DNA of 51,020 nt. Origin: Blastocatellia bacterium. Its GTDB lineage: Bacteria; Acidobacteriota; Blastocatellia; UBA7656. This document shows, piece after piece, positions 1 to 9,035 of this stretch. How positions within the stretch are numbered: the stretch's first letter is position 1; the number at the start of each line of letters is the position of its first letter. The stretch spans positions 1-51,020 of the forward strand of contig DATBMY010000447.1 in assembly GCA_036554605.1 (NCBI GenBank), in the 5' to 3' direction. The position numbers and the translations under genes are program-made. The notes beneath the pieces are model-generated. The model saw only the letters and a list, made by a program, of their open reading frames with translations. It did no database searches and was not told the DNA's origin.

Positions 1-92
1 GCGCGTCGACGGTTTCCTTTGTCCGGGTCGAGCAGGTACATCAGGCCCGCTCCGATGCCTATGCCGCTGATCAATGCCAGATTCTTATTCAT
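1..92 (-). CDS. 5' fragment (about 30 codons) of a small membrane/stress protein. The N-terminus MNKNLALISGIGIGAGLMYLLDPDKGNRRR resembles the start of BON/YtxH-type stress proteins. The rest of the gene lies left of the window.
   Basis: Own minus-strand translation: ATG at 92-90, open to position 1. ATGA overlap with the stop (91-89) of gene 89..877 suggests translational coupling. Confidence 0.45.
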   Translation of the reverse strand, partial: MNKNLALISGIGIGAGLMYLLDPDKGNRRR

Positions 93-877
93 TGCTTTCG
101 CTCCTTTCTGTCATCGCGAAGCCGCCGGTCATAGCTATGGCCGCGCTCGTAACCGCAGCGGAATGCCCGGTCGTTGCACAGCTCGCCGTAACAACTGCTG
201 ATAAACTCGGCCGCTTCATCATACGTCTTGCCGCGAGCGCCAGGGCGCAGCGCCGACTCGAACCCTTTTCTATAAGTCGACTCGTCGGTCTTGAAATCGC
301 CGCCCTGGCCCGCATAATCCACCTCTTCCACGTCGCGAAGTCCAACCCACCAGTCTTCTCGCGCGGCATCGAGCGTTTCGGCGCCCTCATCGCACATTAT
401 CTTTTGCGCGGCTTCGGCCTGGTTTTCGTCTTCGGCCAGCACGATGACCACCGAACGTCCTTTTCTGAGCGCATCCTCGTACAGATAAACTTCATCGCGC
501 GGCAGCCCCTCGTCCATCTCGTCTTCGAGGGCATCTCCGGATGCCGCGCCGAGAGCGGCCCCGCCCGCGCCCAACAGCGCCGCGCCGATAACGCCGCTGG
601 CAAATACCAGGCCCACTCCCGGCACGAGTAAGCTTGCGAGCGCCGTACCCGCCATCATGCCGGAAGAGGCTCCCAGAGCCGCGCCGACGACCCCACCCAT
701 TGTTTTGCCCATGCCGGGCTGCTCGGTCTCTGTCGTCGGGACGGCCTCCAGCTTTTGCGGATTATCGCCGGGCGTCAAAAGCGACACCCTCCGTCTGTCG
801 ATCCCATTTGAATTCAATTGCTCGATTGCGCGCTCAGCCTTTTCGCGCGACCTGAAGATTCCAACTGTGCTTTCCAT
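89..877 (-). CDS. general-stress-type membrane protein (YflT/GSP17M-like N-terminal domain, glycine-zipper hydrophobic core, acidic C-terminal half)
   Basis: 262-aa ORF. The N-terminus VGIFRSREKAERAIEQLNSNGI is typical of GSP17M-like domains, followed by a long GxxxG-rich stretch GGVVGAALGASSGMMAGTALASLLVPGVGLVFASGVIGAALLGAGGAALGAASG. Confidence 0.65.
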   Translation of the reverse strand: MESTVGIFRSREKAERAIEQLNSNGIDRRRVSLLTPGDNPQKLEAVPTTETEQPGMGKTMGGVVGAALGASSGMMAGTALASLLVPGVGLVFASGVIGAALLGAGGAALGAASGDALEDEMDEGLPRDEVYLYEDALRKGRSVVIVLAEDENQAEAAQKIMCDEGAETLDAAREDWWVGLRDVEEVDYAGQGGDFKTDESTYRKGFESALRPGARGKTYDEAAEFISSCYGELCNDRAFRCGYERGHSYDRRLRDDRKERKQ

Positions 878-1152
878 ATGATCACTCCCGTCTATGCAGT
901 TCTAAAGAGCCATCTGCCTGGTGTAAGACTCCGGTACGCCGATGGGGATAATTCACCCCCAAATGGTTGCTTTTAGTTCATCCACAAGGATAGAGACTAC
1001 CCGCGTTCTATTAAGTGGCAAGATGGATGCCAATCCGAGCCTGGGGCAGTCAGATGGTTGCCGGCGGCAACCACGCGAAGTAGAATCTCCCGACATTGCA
1101 GACGTATAATTGCAGGCGAGCCGTTTGAGGGTGGAGCGGTAAGTAGAGGGCT

Positions 1153-3120
1153 ATGGTTATTCTGCGGCGCTGGATTGCTTTGTTATCGGTACTTGCCCTG
1201 GGGCAGGTAGCCGAAGCAAGCCCTGCCGCCTCCAACAATTGGAGGCCGGTCACCCCTGAAGATATGAGGCTTACGGCCGCGACAATCGGCGACCCGGATG
1301 CCGATGCGGCAATACTATTCCGCGAAGGCTTCCTAAACGATAATGGCCCGGACCCCACGAATCTCAGGGTCTATATACGTATCAAAGTCTTCAACGAGCG
1401 CGGGCGGCGCTATGCGGACGTTCAACTCCCCTATCGCGCGGAGCTTGGACGCGTCAGCGACGTGACGGCCAGGACCGTACGGCCAAACGGCACGATTGTC
1501 GAGGTGAACGACCGCGACATCTTTGACGTCGTATTATTGAAGACGGTCAACACGGTCTGGCGTGCGAAGGTCTTTTCGATGCCCGCTGTCGAGCCGGGCT
1601 CGATAATCGAGTACCGCTATCGCCAGACCTACACGCGCGGGTTCAGGTATTTTCAACTTGATTTGCAATCGGAACTCTTCACCCGAGAGCTGCGCTATAG
1701 CATACAGCCGCAGGCCGCCTCGCGGCTCGACGTGCGGTGGGCGAAATTCAACACGCCGGTCAACTCCAAACAGTTCGATGCCGTTTGGGACGGCACATTC
1801 AATATAAAGGCCGAGAACGTCCCGCCGTTTCGCCGCGAGCCGCTTATGCCGCCCGAGCTAGCGGTGAAGATGTGGGGCTGGATTTACTACACGAACGAGA
1901 TAGGCACGGACGCCGGCAAGTACTGGCGCGATTACGCGCAACGCATGCACGAGCGCGTCAGCGACGAGACGACTCCGACGCGCGACGTGCGCAGGGCCGT
2001 CGAGTTGATAACGCTTTCGACCGAAAGCCAGCGCGACACTATCAAGCGCATATACGACTACGTGCAGAAGGAGATATTCAACGTCGGCGCGAAAGATAGC
2101 GAGGGAGATTTTCTCTCCTGGGCCGCGCTCAAGAAGAGCGATTCGCCGGAAGAGGTTATACGCCGTCGCTATGGGACGCCGCGCGAGATAAACCGGCTTT
2201 TTATCGCAATGCTGCGCGCCGCCGGATTCGACGCGCGCGTCGCCGAGCTCACAACGCGGGACGAGAATTTCTTCAAACGCTCGTTTCCCGATTCTTTCCA
2301 GCTCAACGGCGAGATCACGGCTCTCGTCTCTCGCGACGGCTCCGCGCAGTTTTTCGACCCGGGCACTCCGCATTGCCCTCTCGGGATGCTTTCGTGGGAG
2401 AAAGAGGCAGTGACCGCGCTTGTTTACGGCAAGCGCGATTGGAGCTTTACCGACACCCCGCTAACCGACGCGACGCGCAACTGTCAAGAGAGATCAACGT
2501 CGGTCACCTTACTGCCCGACGGAAAAGTCGATGCCAGGGTAGAGATGAAGGCATCGGGACAGTTCGCAATAGGGCTGCGCAATCGCTCGATAGACCCGAA
2601 CTCCGACGTGCATCATAAAGATATCGTAGCGAGCGTGCGAAATGTCTTGCCTGAAGCAGTTATCAACGAGTCGAGTGTAGCGCTGTCGAATTTGACCGAT
2701 TTGGGTGAGCCATTTAAAGCTTTATATAATTTCAGCGTCCCGCAGTTTGCCACTCGCACCGAGAAGCGGTTGCTATTAAAGCCGGCCCTGCTCAATCACC
2801 CCGACGAGAACCTGCTAAAGGAGCCGAGGCGCGCCAACAGCGTCTATTTTCAATACCCGTGGTCCGAAGTCGAGCGGGTAGAAATCGAAATCCCCAAAGG
2901 GTACGAAGTCGAGCAGCTGCCGGAGGCCGTGCGTTTAGACAACGGCGCGGCAAGCTATGAGGCCCGCTTTAAGCGAGAAGCTGACCGGGTCGTTTACGAG
3001 CGGCGCATGGCGGTCAATGGGATCTTTTTCCCGGCCGAACAGTACGCGGCCCTCAAGGGCTTTTTCGACCTTGTGCACCAGGCCGACCGCGCGGCAATCT
3101 CCTTCAAGCAACAGCAATAG
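1153..3120 (+). CDS. secreted DUF3857/transglutaminase-like domain protein, probably catalytically inactive
   Basis: 655-aa ORF with SD GAGGG and signal peptide MVILRRWIALLSVLALGQVAEA. The segment GTPREINRLFIAMLRAAGFDARV aligns by eye with the transglutaminase-core motif GxCxxFAxLFxALLRAxGIPAR, but has Pro where the catalytic Cys is expected. Confidence 0.75.
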   Translation: MVILRRWIALLSVLALGQVAEASPAASNNWRPVTPEDMRLTAATIGDPDADAAILFREGFLNDNGPDPTNLRVYIRIKVFNERGRRYADVQLPYRAELGRVSDVTARTVRPNGTIVEVNDRDIFDVVLLKTVNTVWRAKVFSMPAVEPGSIIEYRYRQTYTRGFRYFQLDLQSELFTRELRYSIQPQAASRLDVRWAKFNTPVNSKQFDAVWDGTFNIKAENVPPFRREPLMPPELAVKMWGWIYYTNEIGTDAGKYWRDYAQRMHERVSDETTPTRDVRRAVELITLSTESQRDTIKRIYDYVQKEIFNVGAKDSEGDFLSWAALKKSDSPEEVIRRRYGTPREINRLFIAMLRAAGFDARVAELTTRDENFFKRSFPDSFQLNGEITALVSRDGSAQFFDPGTPHCPLGMLSWEKEAVTALVYGKRDWSFTDTPLTDATRNCQERSTSVTLLPDGKVDARVEMKASGQFAIGLRNRSIDPNSDVHHKDIVASVRNVLPEAVINESSVALSNLTDLGEPFKALYNFSVPQFATRTEKRLLLKPALLNHPDENLLKEPRRANSVYFQYPWSEVERVEIEIPKGYEVEQLPEAVRLDNGAASYEARFKREADRVVYERRMAVNGIFFPAEQYAALKGFFDLVHQADRAAISFKQQQ

Positions 3121-3135
3121 CAGGTTAGGCGAGCA

Positions 3136-3378
3136 TCAGCACTGTTTCGTTGATCCGCTGTCGTGCGTAGTTTTCGATGTCTGCGGCAATATAACGGCGC
3201 TTTTTACCTGGACGAGACTTACCCAGCGCCGCTCGGCGAAGGCGCAACCGACTTGAAAGCAGACCGGGGCAAGTTCCGCGTAGGGCTGGCCATAATCTAT
3301 CTCGCAATCGTTTACGCAAACCGCCAGCGGCGACCCATCCGGTTCAACTTTCAATTTCTTGATAACCATACATTTCAT
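3136..3378 (-). CDS. small hypothetical ORF (80 aa), possibly frameshifted
   Basis: Only notable ORF in the 3121-3567 gap. A second minus-strand frame (3125..3319) ends ...GKKRRYIAADIENYARQRINETVLMLA, which looks more protein-like than the tail of this frame. No family recognised. Confidence 0.25.
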   Translation of the reverse strand: MKCMVIKKLKVEPDGSPLAVCVNDCEIDYGQPYAELAPVCFQVGCAFAERRWVSLVQVKSAVILPQTSKTTHDSGSTKQC

Positions 3379-3381
3379 CCC

Positions 3382-3399
3382 TTACGTCATAAGACGTAA
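3382..3399. promoter_or_regulatory. inverted repeat TTACGTC-ATAA-GACGTAA directly upstream of the small minus-strand ORF (possible operator)
   Basis: Perfect 7-bp arms read directly from the sequence; 4 nt from the 3378 start. Confidence 0.3.
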
Positions 3400-3567
3400 A
3401 AAGAGCCTTCTTTTATTCAAATCGAACCGGGCTAGTGATTCTTAGACCGCGCCGGGGCCAGAAAGGTTGCCACCCGCTTTCAATATATGCGGCTTGAGCA
3501 ATCAAGCAGTAGTTCTCTAAAATACCCAATCGGCTTAATATCGATTTCATAGAAGGTTTGCGATCAA

Positions 3568-4668
3568 ATGCTCAGACGAGTCATACATAACTGGGAGCTT
3601 AAGCTTTCGCAAAAGGATAAGAACCGTATTGTCAGGCCGTTTGATTGGGGGATTGAACACCTCAGCCACGCATTCGCTAAATCAAGTGAGCCGGCCGCTA
3701 GCGCTGCTCATTACGGCGCCACACCGGGCGACGCCCGCGCGATAATCGCGGAATTCAATAATCGTGTTATAGCCGACTCTCACGAGTTCTTCGCCGCGCC
3801 GGCCGTGCGGGACTATTTGCTCGAAGGCGAGCTGCTAAAGTTCACAAGCGCCGTCCGCACCCCTTATGAAGAGAATAACACCGCTTATGGCCGTTACTTT
3901 CCGGTCCCGTCGCGCGAAGGCGGAACGGTAGGGGCGTCTTCTGACGAGGTTGAGCGCGCGCGCGGGCGGGCCGTCGTCGTGCTGCCTCACTGGAACGCGA
4001 AGTCGCAAGAGCACGTAGGGCTCTGCCGCATACTGAGCCGCGCAGGAATCGCGGCGCTCAGGATGACGCTCCCCTATCACGAACAGCGAACGCCTCCGGG
4101 ATTCGAGCGGGCCGATTGCATGGTGAGCGCAAATGTCGGGATGACGCTTCAATCCATGCGCCAGGCCGTGCTCGATACCCGCTCGGCCATAGATTGGCTC
4201 CAGTCGCGCGGCTATGATCGCATAGGGATAATCGGTACAAGCATCGGCTCCTGCATAGGGTTCCTGACCTTCATACACGAGAAGCGGCTGCGAACGGGCG
4301 TCTACAATCACGTCTCAAGCTATTTCGGCGATGTGGTGTGGCGAGGGATAACGACCGCGCACGTTAGAAAAGGGCTGGAGCAGGAATTGACGCGCGAAGA
4401 AGTTCGCCAGGTCTGGCTCTCAATCAGCCCGAACGCTTATATACACCGGCTTAGAAACGACCGGCGGCGCGCGCTTCTGATATCGGGCCGCTACGATCTT
4501 TCATTCACGCCCGATCTATCGCAGTTACTGTTCGAGGAGTGCGACAGGCAGGGGGTCGGACTCGACCGGAAACTTATACCTTGCGGTCATTACACGCTCG
4601 GTCGCGCGCCTTTCAGGTACTATGTAGGATACCTGATTGTGAGTTACCTGCTAAGGCGGCTCAAGTAA
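3568..4668 (+). CDS. alpha/beta-fold hydrolase
   Basis: 366-aa ORF with nucleophile elbow GTSIGS (GxSxG) in IGIIGTSIGSCIGF and a late conserved His in PCGHYTLG. Weak SD GAAGG. Confidence 0.8.
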   Translation: MLRRVIHNWELKLSQKDKNRIVRPFDWGIEHLSHAFAKSSEPAASAAHYGATPGDARAIIAEFNNRVIADSHEFFAAPAVRDYLLEGELLKFTSAVRTPYEENNTAYGRYFPVPSREGGTVGASSDEVERARGRAVVVLPHWNAKSQEHVGLCRILSRAGIAALRMTLPYHEQRTPPGFERADCMVSANVGMTLQSMRQAVLDTRSAIDWLQSRGYDRIGIIGTSIGSCIGFLTFIHEKRLRTGVYNHVSSYFGDVVWRGITTAHVRKGLEQELTREEVRQVWLSISPNAYIHRLRNDRRRALLISGRYDLSFTPDLSQLLFEECDRQGVGLDRKLIPCGHYTLGRAPFRYYVGYLIVSYLLRRLK

Positions 4669-4708
4669 AGAATCACGACCATATTCTTGATCCTCGGAGG
4701 TATATAGC

Positions 4709-5809
4709 ATGGAGATTAACTCTCGCACGGGCCGTGTGCGCGCGCTTTTTGCCGCCGCGGCCATCGTGGCATTGTGCGCAACTGGTCTGGGCCGGCAAGC
4801 GGCAGACACAATAGCTTCCGAACTTTTCGACCTTAAGCAGGTTGCCCCCGGCGTGTGGGCGCTCATCGTCAAGCGCAACACAGCCGGCGCCGTATCGAAC
4901 GCCGCGTTCATTGAGATAGGCGACAAGGTGATGGTAATCGATTCGCACCTGACGCCACGGGCCGCGCGCGAGGCCGCGCGGATAATTGCCGCGGTTACAA
5001 ACAAGAAGCCTGTGCGCCTGCTCGTCAACACGCACTGGCACCCGGACCACGTCCAGGGCAACTCAACTTACTCGGCGAGCTTTCCCGGCGTGATCGACAT
5101 AGTCTCTCACGTCAATACGCGCCGCGATATTGCTTTGCTCGGCACGCCCTTGCTCAAGGACCAGAGGGTGCAGCTGCCCAAGCAGATCGCCGCCTGGAAA
5201 TCGCAACTTTCCACCGGACTGGTCGAGGCGCGGCCGATGACCGAGACGGAAAAGCGGCAGCTTGAGGCGAGGATAAAAGCGAGCGAGTTTTTGCTGGGGG
5301 AGATTCAAAACCTCGAAGTGACGCTGCCGACGCTGACCTTTGATCGCTCCATGGCGCTGCACGCGGGCGAGCGCGAGGTTCTGATACTCTATTTCGGCCG
5401 CGGCCACACCGAGGGCGACGTCGTCGTCTTTTTGCCGAAAGAGAAGGTTATCGTCACCGGCGACTTGCTTACGAACGGCATACCGTTCATGCGCGATGCC
5501 TACCCGCTCGAATGGAGCCAGACGCTGGCCGGGATCGAAAAGCTCGATTTTACGCAGGTCATTCCGGGACACGGGGATGTGCAGCAGGGGAAGGACCGCT
5601 TCATCATGCTTCGCGCCTTTCTAGATGATCTGATCCCGGCCGTGCGGCGGGCGATACAGGAAGGCAAGACGGTCGAGCAGGCAAAAGTATCGATCAAGGC
5701 GGAGCTTGCGCCCAAACATGAAAAGAACTTCCCCCCCGGCTCGTGGAATGGCGGCGCGGAGGCTTCGATTGAGCGCGCTTATGCCCATGTCAAGAACGCG
5801 CGGATGTAG
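4709..5809 (+). CDS. secreted MBL-fold metallo-hydrolase
   Basis: 366-aa ORF with SD GGAGG, an N-terminal signal-like segment, the HxHxDH motif NTHWHPDHVQG and downstream GHTEGD and PGHG motifs. Confidence 0.88.
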   Translation: MEINSRTGRVRALFAAAAIVALCATGLGRQAADTIASELFDLKQVAPGVWALIVKRNTAGAVSNAAFIEIGDKVMVIDSHLTPRAAREAARIIAAVTNKKPVRLLVNTHWHPDHVQGNSTYSASFPGVIDIVSHVNTRRDIALLGTPLLKDQRVQLPKQIAAWKSQLSTGLVEARPMTETEKRQLEARIKASEFLLGEIQNLEVTLPTLTFDRSMALHAGEREVLILYFGRGHTEGDVVVFLPKEKVIVTGDLLTNGIPFMRDAYPLEWSQTLAGIEKLDFTQVIPGHGDVQQGKDRFIMLRAFLDDLIPAVRRAIQEGKTVEQAKVSIKAELAPKHEKNFPPGSWNGGAEASIERAYAHVKNARM

Positions 5810-5890
5810 TTAGTCTTGTAGCCGCATTTTTGCGCATGCTAATATGGATGCGTCCAATTTAATAGGGATTATCGGAGGTCTTTGAGATAT

Positions 5891-6154
5891 ATGCCTATTT
5901 ATGAGTATATATGCCAAAAATGCGGCTCTCATAGGGAGGCATTGCAAAAAGTGACGGATGCGCCGCTCAAGCGCTGCCAGAAGTGCCGCGGGAAGCTCGA
6001 AAAACTCGTTTCTCGCACGAGCTTTCAGTTGAAAGGCGGCGGCTGGTATGCGACGGATTATTCGAGCAAGCCGGCGACAAAACCGGAAAAGAGCGAGAGC
6101 AAAAAGGGCGAGGGCAAGAATACCGAAACCGTCTCCTCGACCGACAGCAAATAG
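5891..6154 (+). CDS. FmdB-family zinc-ribbon putative regulatory protein
   Basis: MPIYEYICQKCG...RCQKCRG (two CxxC pairs) is the canonical FmdB/CxxC_CxxC_SSSS start. The ATG at 5891 is preferred over the in-frame TTG at 5882; GGAGG lies upstream. Confidence 0.85.
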   Translation: MPIYEYICQKCGSHREALQKVTDAPLKRCQKCRGKLEKLVSRTSFQLKGGGWYATDYSSKPATKPEKSESKKGEGKNTETVSSTDSK

Positions 6155-6214
6155 GGCAGGCAATTTTCACTATCCGTTTTTGCCACTCTTCGCCATTTAT
6201 CCACTCTCCTTACC

Positions 6215-6237
6215 GGGCCGGCCACAGGAGCCGGCCC
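6215..6237 (+). terminator. GC-rich hairpin GGGCCGGC-N7-GCCGGCCC downstream of the FmdB-like gene
   Basis: 8-bp perfect stem followed by CTTAGTTTT; 60 nt after the stop at 6154. Confidence 0.5.
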
Positions 6238-6426
6238 CTTAGTTTTCCCAGAGGTCCAGGACCGAGACGCGTGCTGGCCGAGCACGCAAGTTCAATACCC
6301 CCGTCCGTTCTCAAATAAGGTGAACGGGCCGAAAAACAACTCCCGACGAGCGCCCGGCATCTTAATTAACGAATGCGGCAAACCATAGCGGAAGCCGCAT
6401 CGTATAAGAGAAAGAGAAAGGAGTTT

Positions 6427-6690
6427 ATGATGGCTAGCTTCCGGGACCCCGCAAGAACATTCGCCCCTATGGAGGTCATCGAGCGGCTCCTTGAGATAGC
6501 AGATCATTACGGGCACGCACCGGTGCTATATCTTTCATCGAGCGGCGATCTAACCACGTATCTCGATTCACTCGGATTCGATGTTTATAGTTTAACCACG
6601 AATACAGAGGCGGCTTTCGACGCTTCCGGGCCCACAGTCCTTGTCTTACCCAACGGCAGCCGGTCGCACGAAAGCGCCACTGCTCATTAA
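6427..6690 (+). CDS. hypothetical protein (87 aa)
   Basis: ATGATG start at 6427 preceded by GAAAGGAG; followed by the strong terminator at 6708. No recognisable motif. Confidence 0.5.
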   Translation: MMASFRDPARTFAPMEVIERLLEIADHYGHAPVLYLSSSGDLTTYLDSLGFDVYSLTTNTEAAFDASGPTVLVLPNGSRSHESATAH

Positions 6691-6707
6691 GTCCCATTCT
6701 GTATAGT

Positions 6708-6762
6708 AAAAGCGAGAGGCGAGAAACGAGGAGCTTCCTCGTTTCTCGCCTCTCGCTTTTTT
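6708..6762. terminator. bidirectional intrinsic terminator between convergent genes
   Basis: Perfect 25-bp stem AAAAGCGAGAGGCGAGAAACGAGGA / TCCTCGTTTCTCGCCTCTCGCTTTT with a 3-nt loop, flanked by an A-run and a T-run. Confidence 0.85.
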
Positions 6763-6773
6763 GACACTCTCTC

Positions 6774-8021
6774 CTAACCCCGCTTGTGGCCTTTCCTCGT
6801 ATCGGTCGATGCGGGCTGTGATTCGAGCAGGTCGCTCCTGAGCAATTCCGCCAATCGCACATCACCGCTGGTCACCACCTTGCGATTTGAGACCGTAGCT
6901 CGCCCGAAGACCGGCAGCGGAGCGAGCCGGCCCGCGCTTCGCGCCCTGAGAGCTGTGCGGTAACGCGACTCGCGCGGGTTTATCTCGTAGGCCGCGCGAA
7001 AATGCTCCTGCGCGAGCATAAGGTTCTCTTCGCGCAGGTATATCAGCCCGAGGTGATAAAGCGCCGCGTCGAACTTGGGATCCAGCTCCACGCAGCGGCG
7101 CAGGTGGCGGATCGCTACTTCCGTCCTGCCATTCTCAAGGTAAGCCCGCCCGACAAGATAGTACATCTCGGGCGTGGGCTTTAGCCGCAGCGCGCGCTTC
7201 AGATGCGCGAGCGCCTCGTCGAGCTTGCCCTCGCTCACCAGTATGCGGCCGAGCCCGTAATGGGCCGTGAATGAGTTTTTCTTGAGCTTAAGCGCCCGTC
7301 CCAGGTGCAGCTTCGCCGGTTCGAGCTCGCCGTCGTCGCCGCATATGACTCCGAGCATCAGCAGAGCCATGTAATTGTCCTGCTCTCTTTCGACCGCGCG
7401 CTCCAGGTATGCGCGCGCAAGGACGGGTTTGTTGACGCTGAAAAAATGCTCGCCGATGAAGAATGCCAGCGCCGCGTTCAAGGGATCAAGCACGAGCGCT
7501 TTTTCGAAGTATCGTATGCCGCGCTTGGCGTTGCCTTCGACAAACAGATCGGCGCCGGTGTTGAGCAGTCTGGCAAACAGGTCGGGGTTGTCGCCGGCAA
7601 AAACTTCCAGCATGCGCTCGAGCCGCTTTTCTAGCCTCTCCTGTTCACTGATCTCTTCGTAGTGCTCGGCTATGCGGTCTCGCCAGAGGATTTCGAGCTC
7701 GCCGCCTTCGACCGCTCCGCGTTCGAGGAGATGCTCCACCAGCGCGTCAAGCATCGCGTGGTCGTAGAGGCCGCTCGTCGCCTGGCGGTGGACCAGTTCG
7801 AGCACGATCTGGAGCCGTTCATGCGCTCGCGAGAGTTGAGTCTCAAGTATGCTTATGCGCTCCAGCAGATGCTCTTCGATGGTCGGCTTGAGCAGGCTCT
7901 CAATGCCACCATAGGCCGCGGCCGTGGGCGTGCCGGTGATGACCATCAGCTTCATGCCACAGGCCGAGCATGTATCGCGGTCGTATGAGTTAGGAAGAGT
8001 GCATCGCTGGCAGAGTATCAT
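6774..8021 (-). CDS. TPR-repeat protein with N-terminal zinc ribbon and coiled coil
   Basis: 415-aa ORF with N-terminal CQRC...CSAC. The C-terminal half contains repeated TPR-like units (AxxxLGxxY, ALxLxP patterns). Confidence 0.8.
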   Translation of the reverse strand: MILCQRCTLPNSYDRDTCSACGMKLMVITGTPTAAAYGGIESLLKPTIEEHLLERISILETQLSRAHERLQIVLELVHRQATSGLYDHAMLDALVEHLLERGAVEGGELEILWRDRIAEHYEEISEQERLEKRLERMLEVFAGDNPDLFARLLNTGADLFVEGNAKRGIRYFEKALVLDPLNAALAFFIGEHFFSVNKPVLARAYLERAVEREQDNYMALLMLGVICGDDGELEPAKLHLGRALKLKKNSFTAHYGLGRILVSEGKLDEALAHLKRALRLKPTPEMYYLVGRAYLENGRTEVAIRHLRRCVELDPKFDAALYHLGLIYLREENLMLAQEHFRAAYEINPRESRYRTALRARSAGRLAPLPVFGRATVSNRKVVTSGDVRLAELLRSDLLESQPASTDTRKGHKRG

Positions 8022-8116
8022 CTCTATCCGGCCCCCGGCTAGCGGCTTCAGTCAACCTTGTCGCCTTGAAAGTGGCTTCGGGGGCTGCTTTCAAGGGTTC
8101 ATCCATCGCGCGAAAT

Positions 8117-8974
8117 TCAGTACTGATAGAACCCCTTGCCCGTTTTACGACCCAGCCAACCCGCGTCAACATATTTCTTTAGCAGCGGGCACGGCCTGTA
8201 CTTCGGATCGTTGAAGCCATCATATAACACATTCATAATCGCGAGGCAAACATCAAGTCCTATGAAGTCGGCGAGCTGTAGCGGTCCCATTGGGTGATTC
8301 ATTCCAAGCTTCATCACCTCATCTATGGCGCTGGCTGAGCCGACGCCCTCGTAGAGCGCGAAGATCGCTTCGTTGATCATAGGCATCAGCACGCGATTGG
8401 AGACAAAGCCGGGCGCGTCGTTGACCTCGACGGCGGTCTTGCCCATGCTCTCGGCCAGCTGGCGCGTCGCCTCGTAAGTATGATCGGATGTCGCGATCCC
8501 TCGGATAATCTCTACGAGCTTCATCACCGGGACGGGATTCATAAAGTGCATGCCGATAAAGCGGTCGGGGCGGCTCGTTACGGCCGCAAGCTTCGTGATG
8601 GAGATGGAGCTGGTATTGCTGGCCAGTATCACATCGTCGCCGGCGAGTTCGTCGATCTGGCGGAAGAGTGTCGATTTTGCGGCGAGGTCCTCCGTTATCG
8701 CTTCGACTATGAAATCCGCCCCGTCGAGATCGGAAAGATCCGTAGTCGGGCGTATGCGCGCAATGATCTCTCGCTTTTCGTCGGCTGAAAGACGCTGCTT
8801 GTCGACGTCGCGCTGGAGGCTCTTGTCTATTGCCGAAATACCGCGCTGCAGGAACTCCTGCTTCATATCGCACATGACCACGTCAAAGCCCGTGCGCGCG
8901 CCCACCTGCGCAATCCCGTTACCCATCGTCCCTGATCCCACAACGCCAAATCTCTTTATCACCACAGCCTCCAT
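8117..8974 (-). CDS. hbd: 3-hydroxybutyryl-CoA dehydrogenase
   Basis: Rossmann motif [12 protein letters not shown], plus ASNTSS, HFMNPVP and a [12 protein letters not shown]-terminus. I chose ATG 8974 ([15 protein letters not shown], 285 aa) because the longer ORF to 9115 overlaps the upstream gene. Confidence 0.9.
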   Translation of the reverse strand: MEAVVIKRFGVVGSGTMGNGIAQVGARTGFDVVMCDMKQEFLQRGISAIDKSLQRDVDKQRLSADEKREIIARIRPTTDLSDLDGADFIVEAITEDLAAKSTLFRQIDELAGDDVILASNTSSISITKLAAVTSRPDRFIGMHFMNPVPVMKLVEIIRGIATSDHTYEATRQLAESMGKTAVEVNDAPGFVSNRVLMPMINEAIFALYEGVGSASAIDEVMKLGMNHPMGPLQLADFIGLDVCLAIMNVLYDGFNDPKYRPCPLLKKYVDAGWLGRKTGKGFYQY

Positions 8975-9035
8975 CAATTGTTGAATGAGCGCGCTCTGAT
9001 TATATCCCACGCGCGCCCTTTTGGCTCCTCTTAGT

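Noticed and set aside
6240-6300. Possible SRP (4.5S) RNA because of CAGAGGTCCAGGACCGAGACG and flanking hairpins
   Set aside because: It does not contain the conserved SRP domain IV motifs (GGAA/AGCA symmetric-loop context). The hairpins are more simply explained as terminator or UTR structures.
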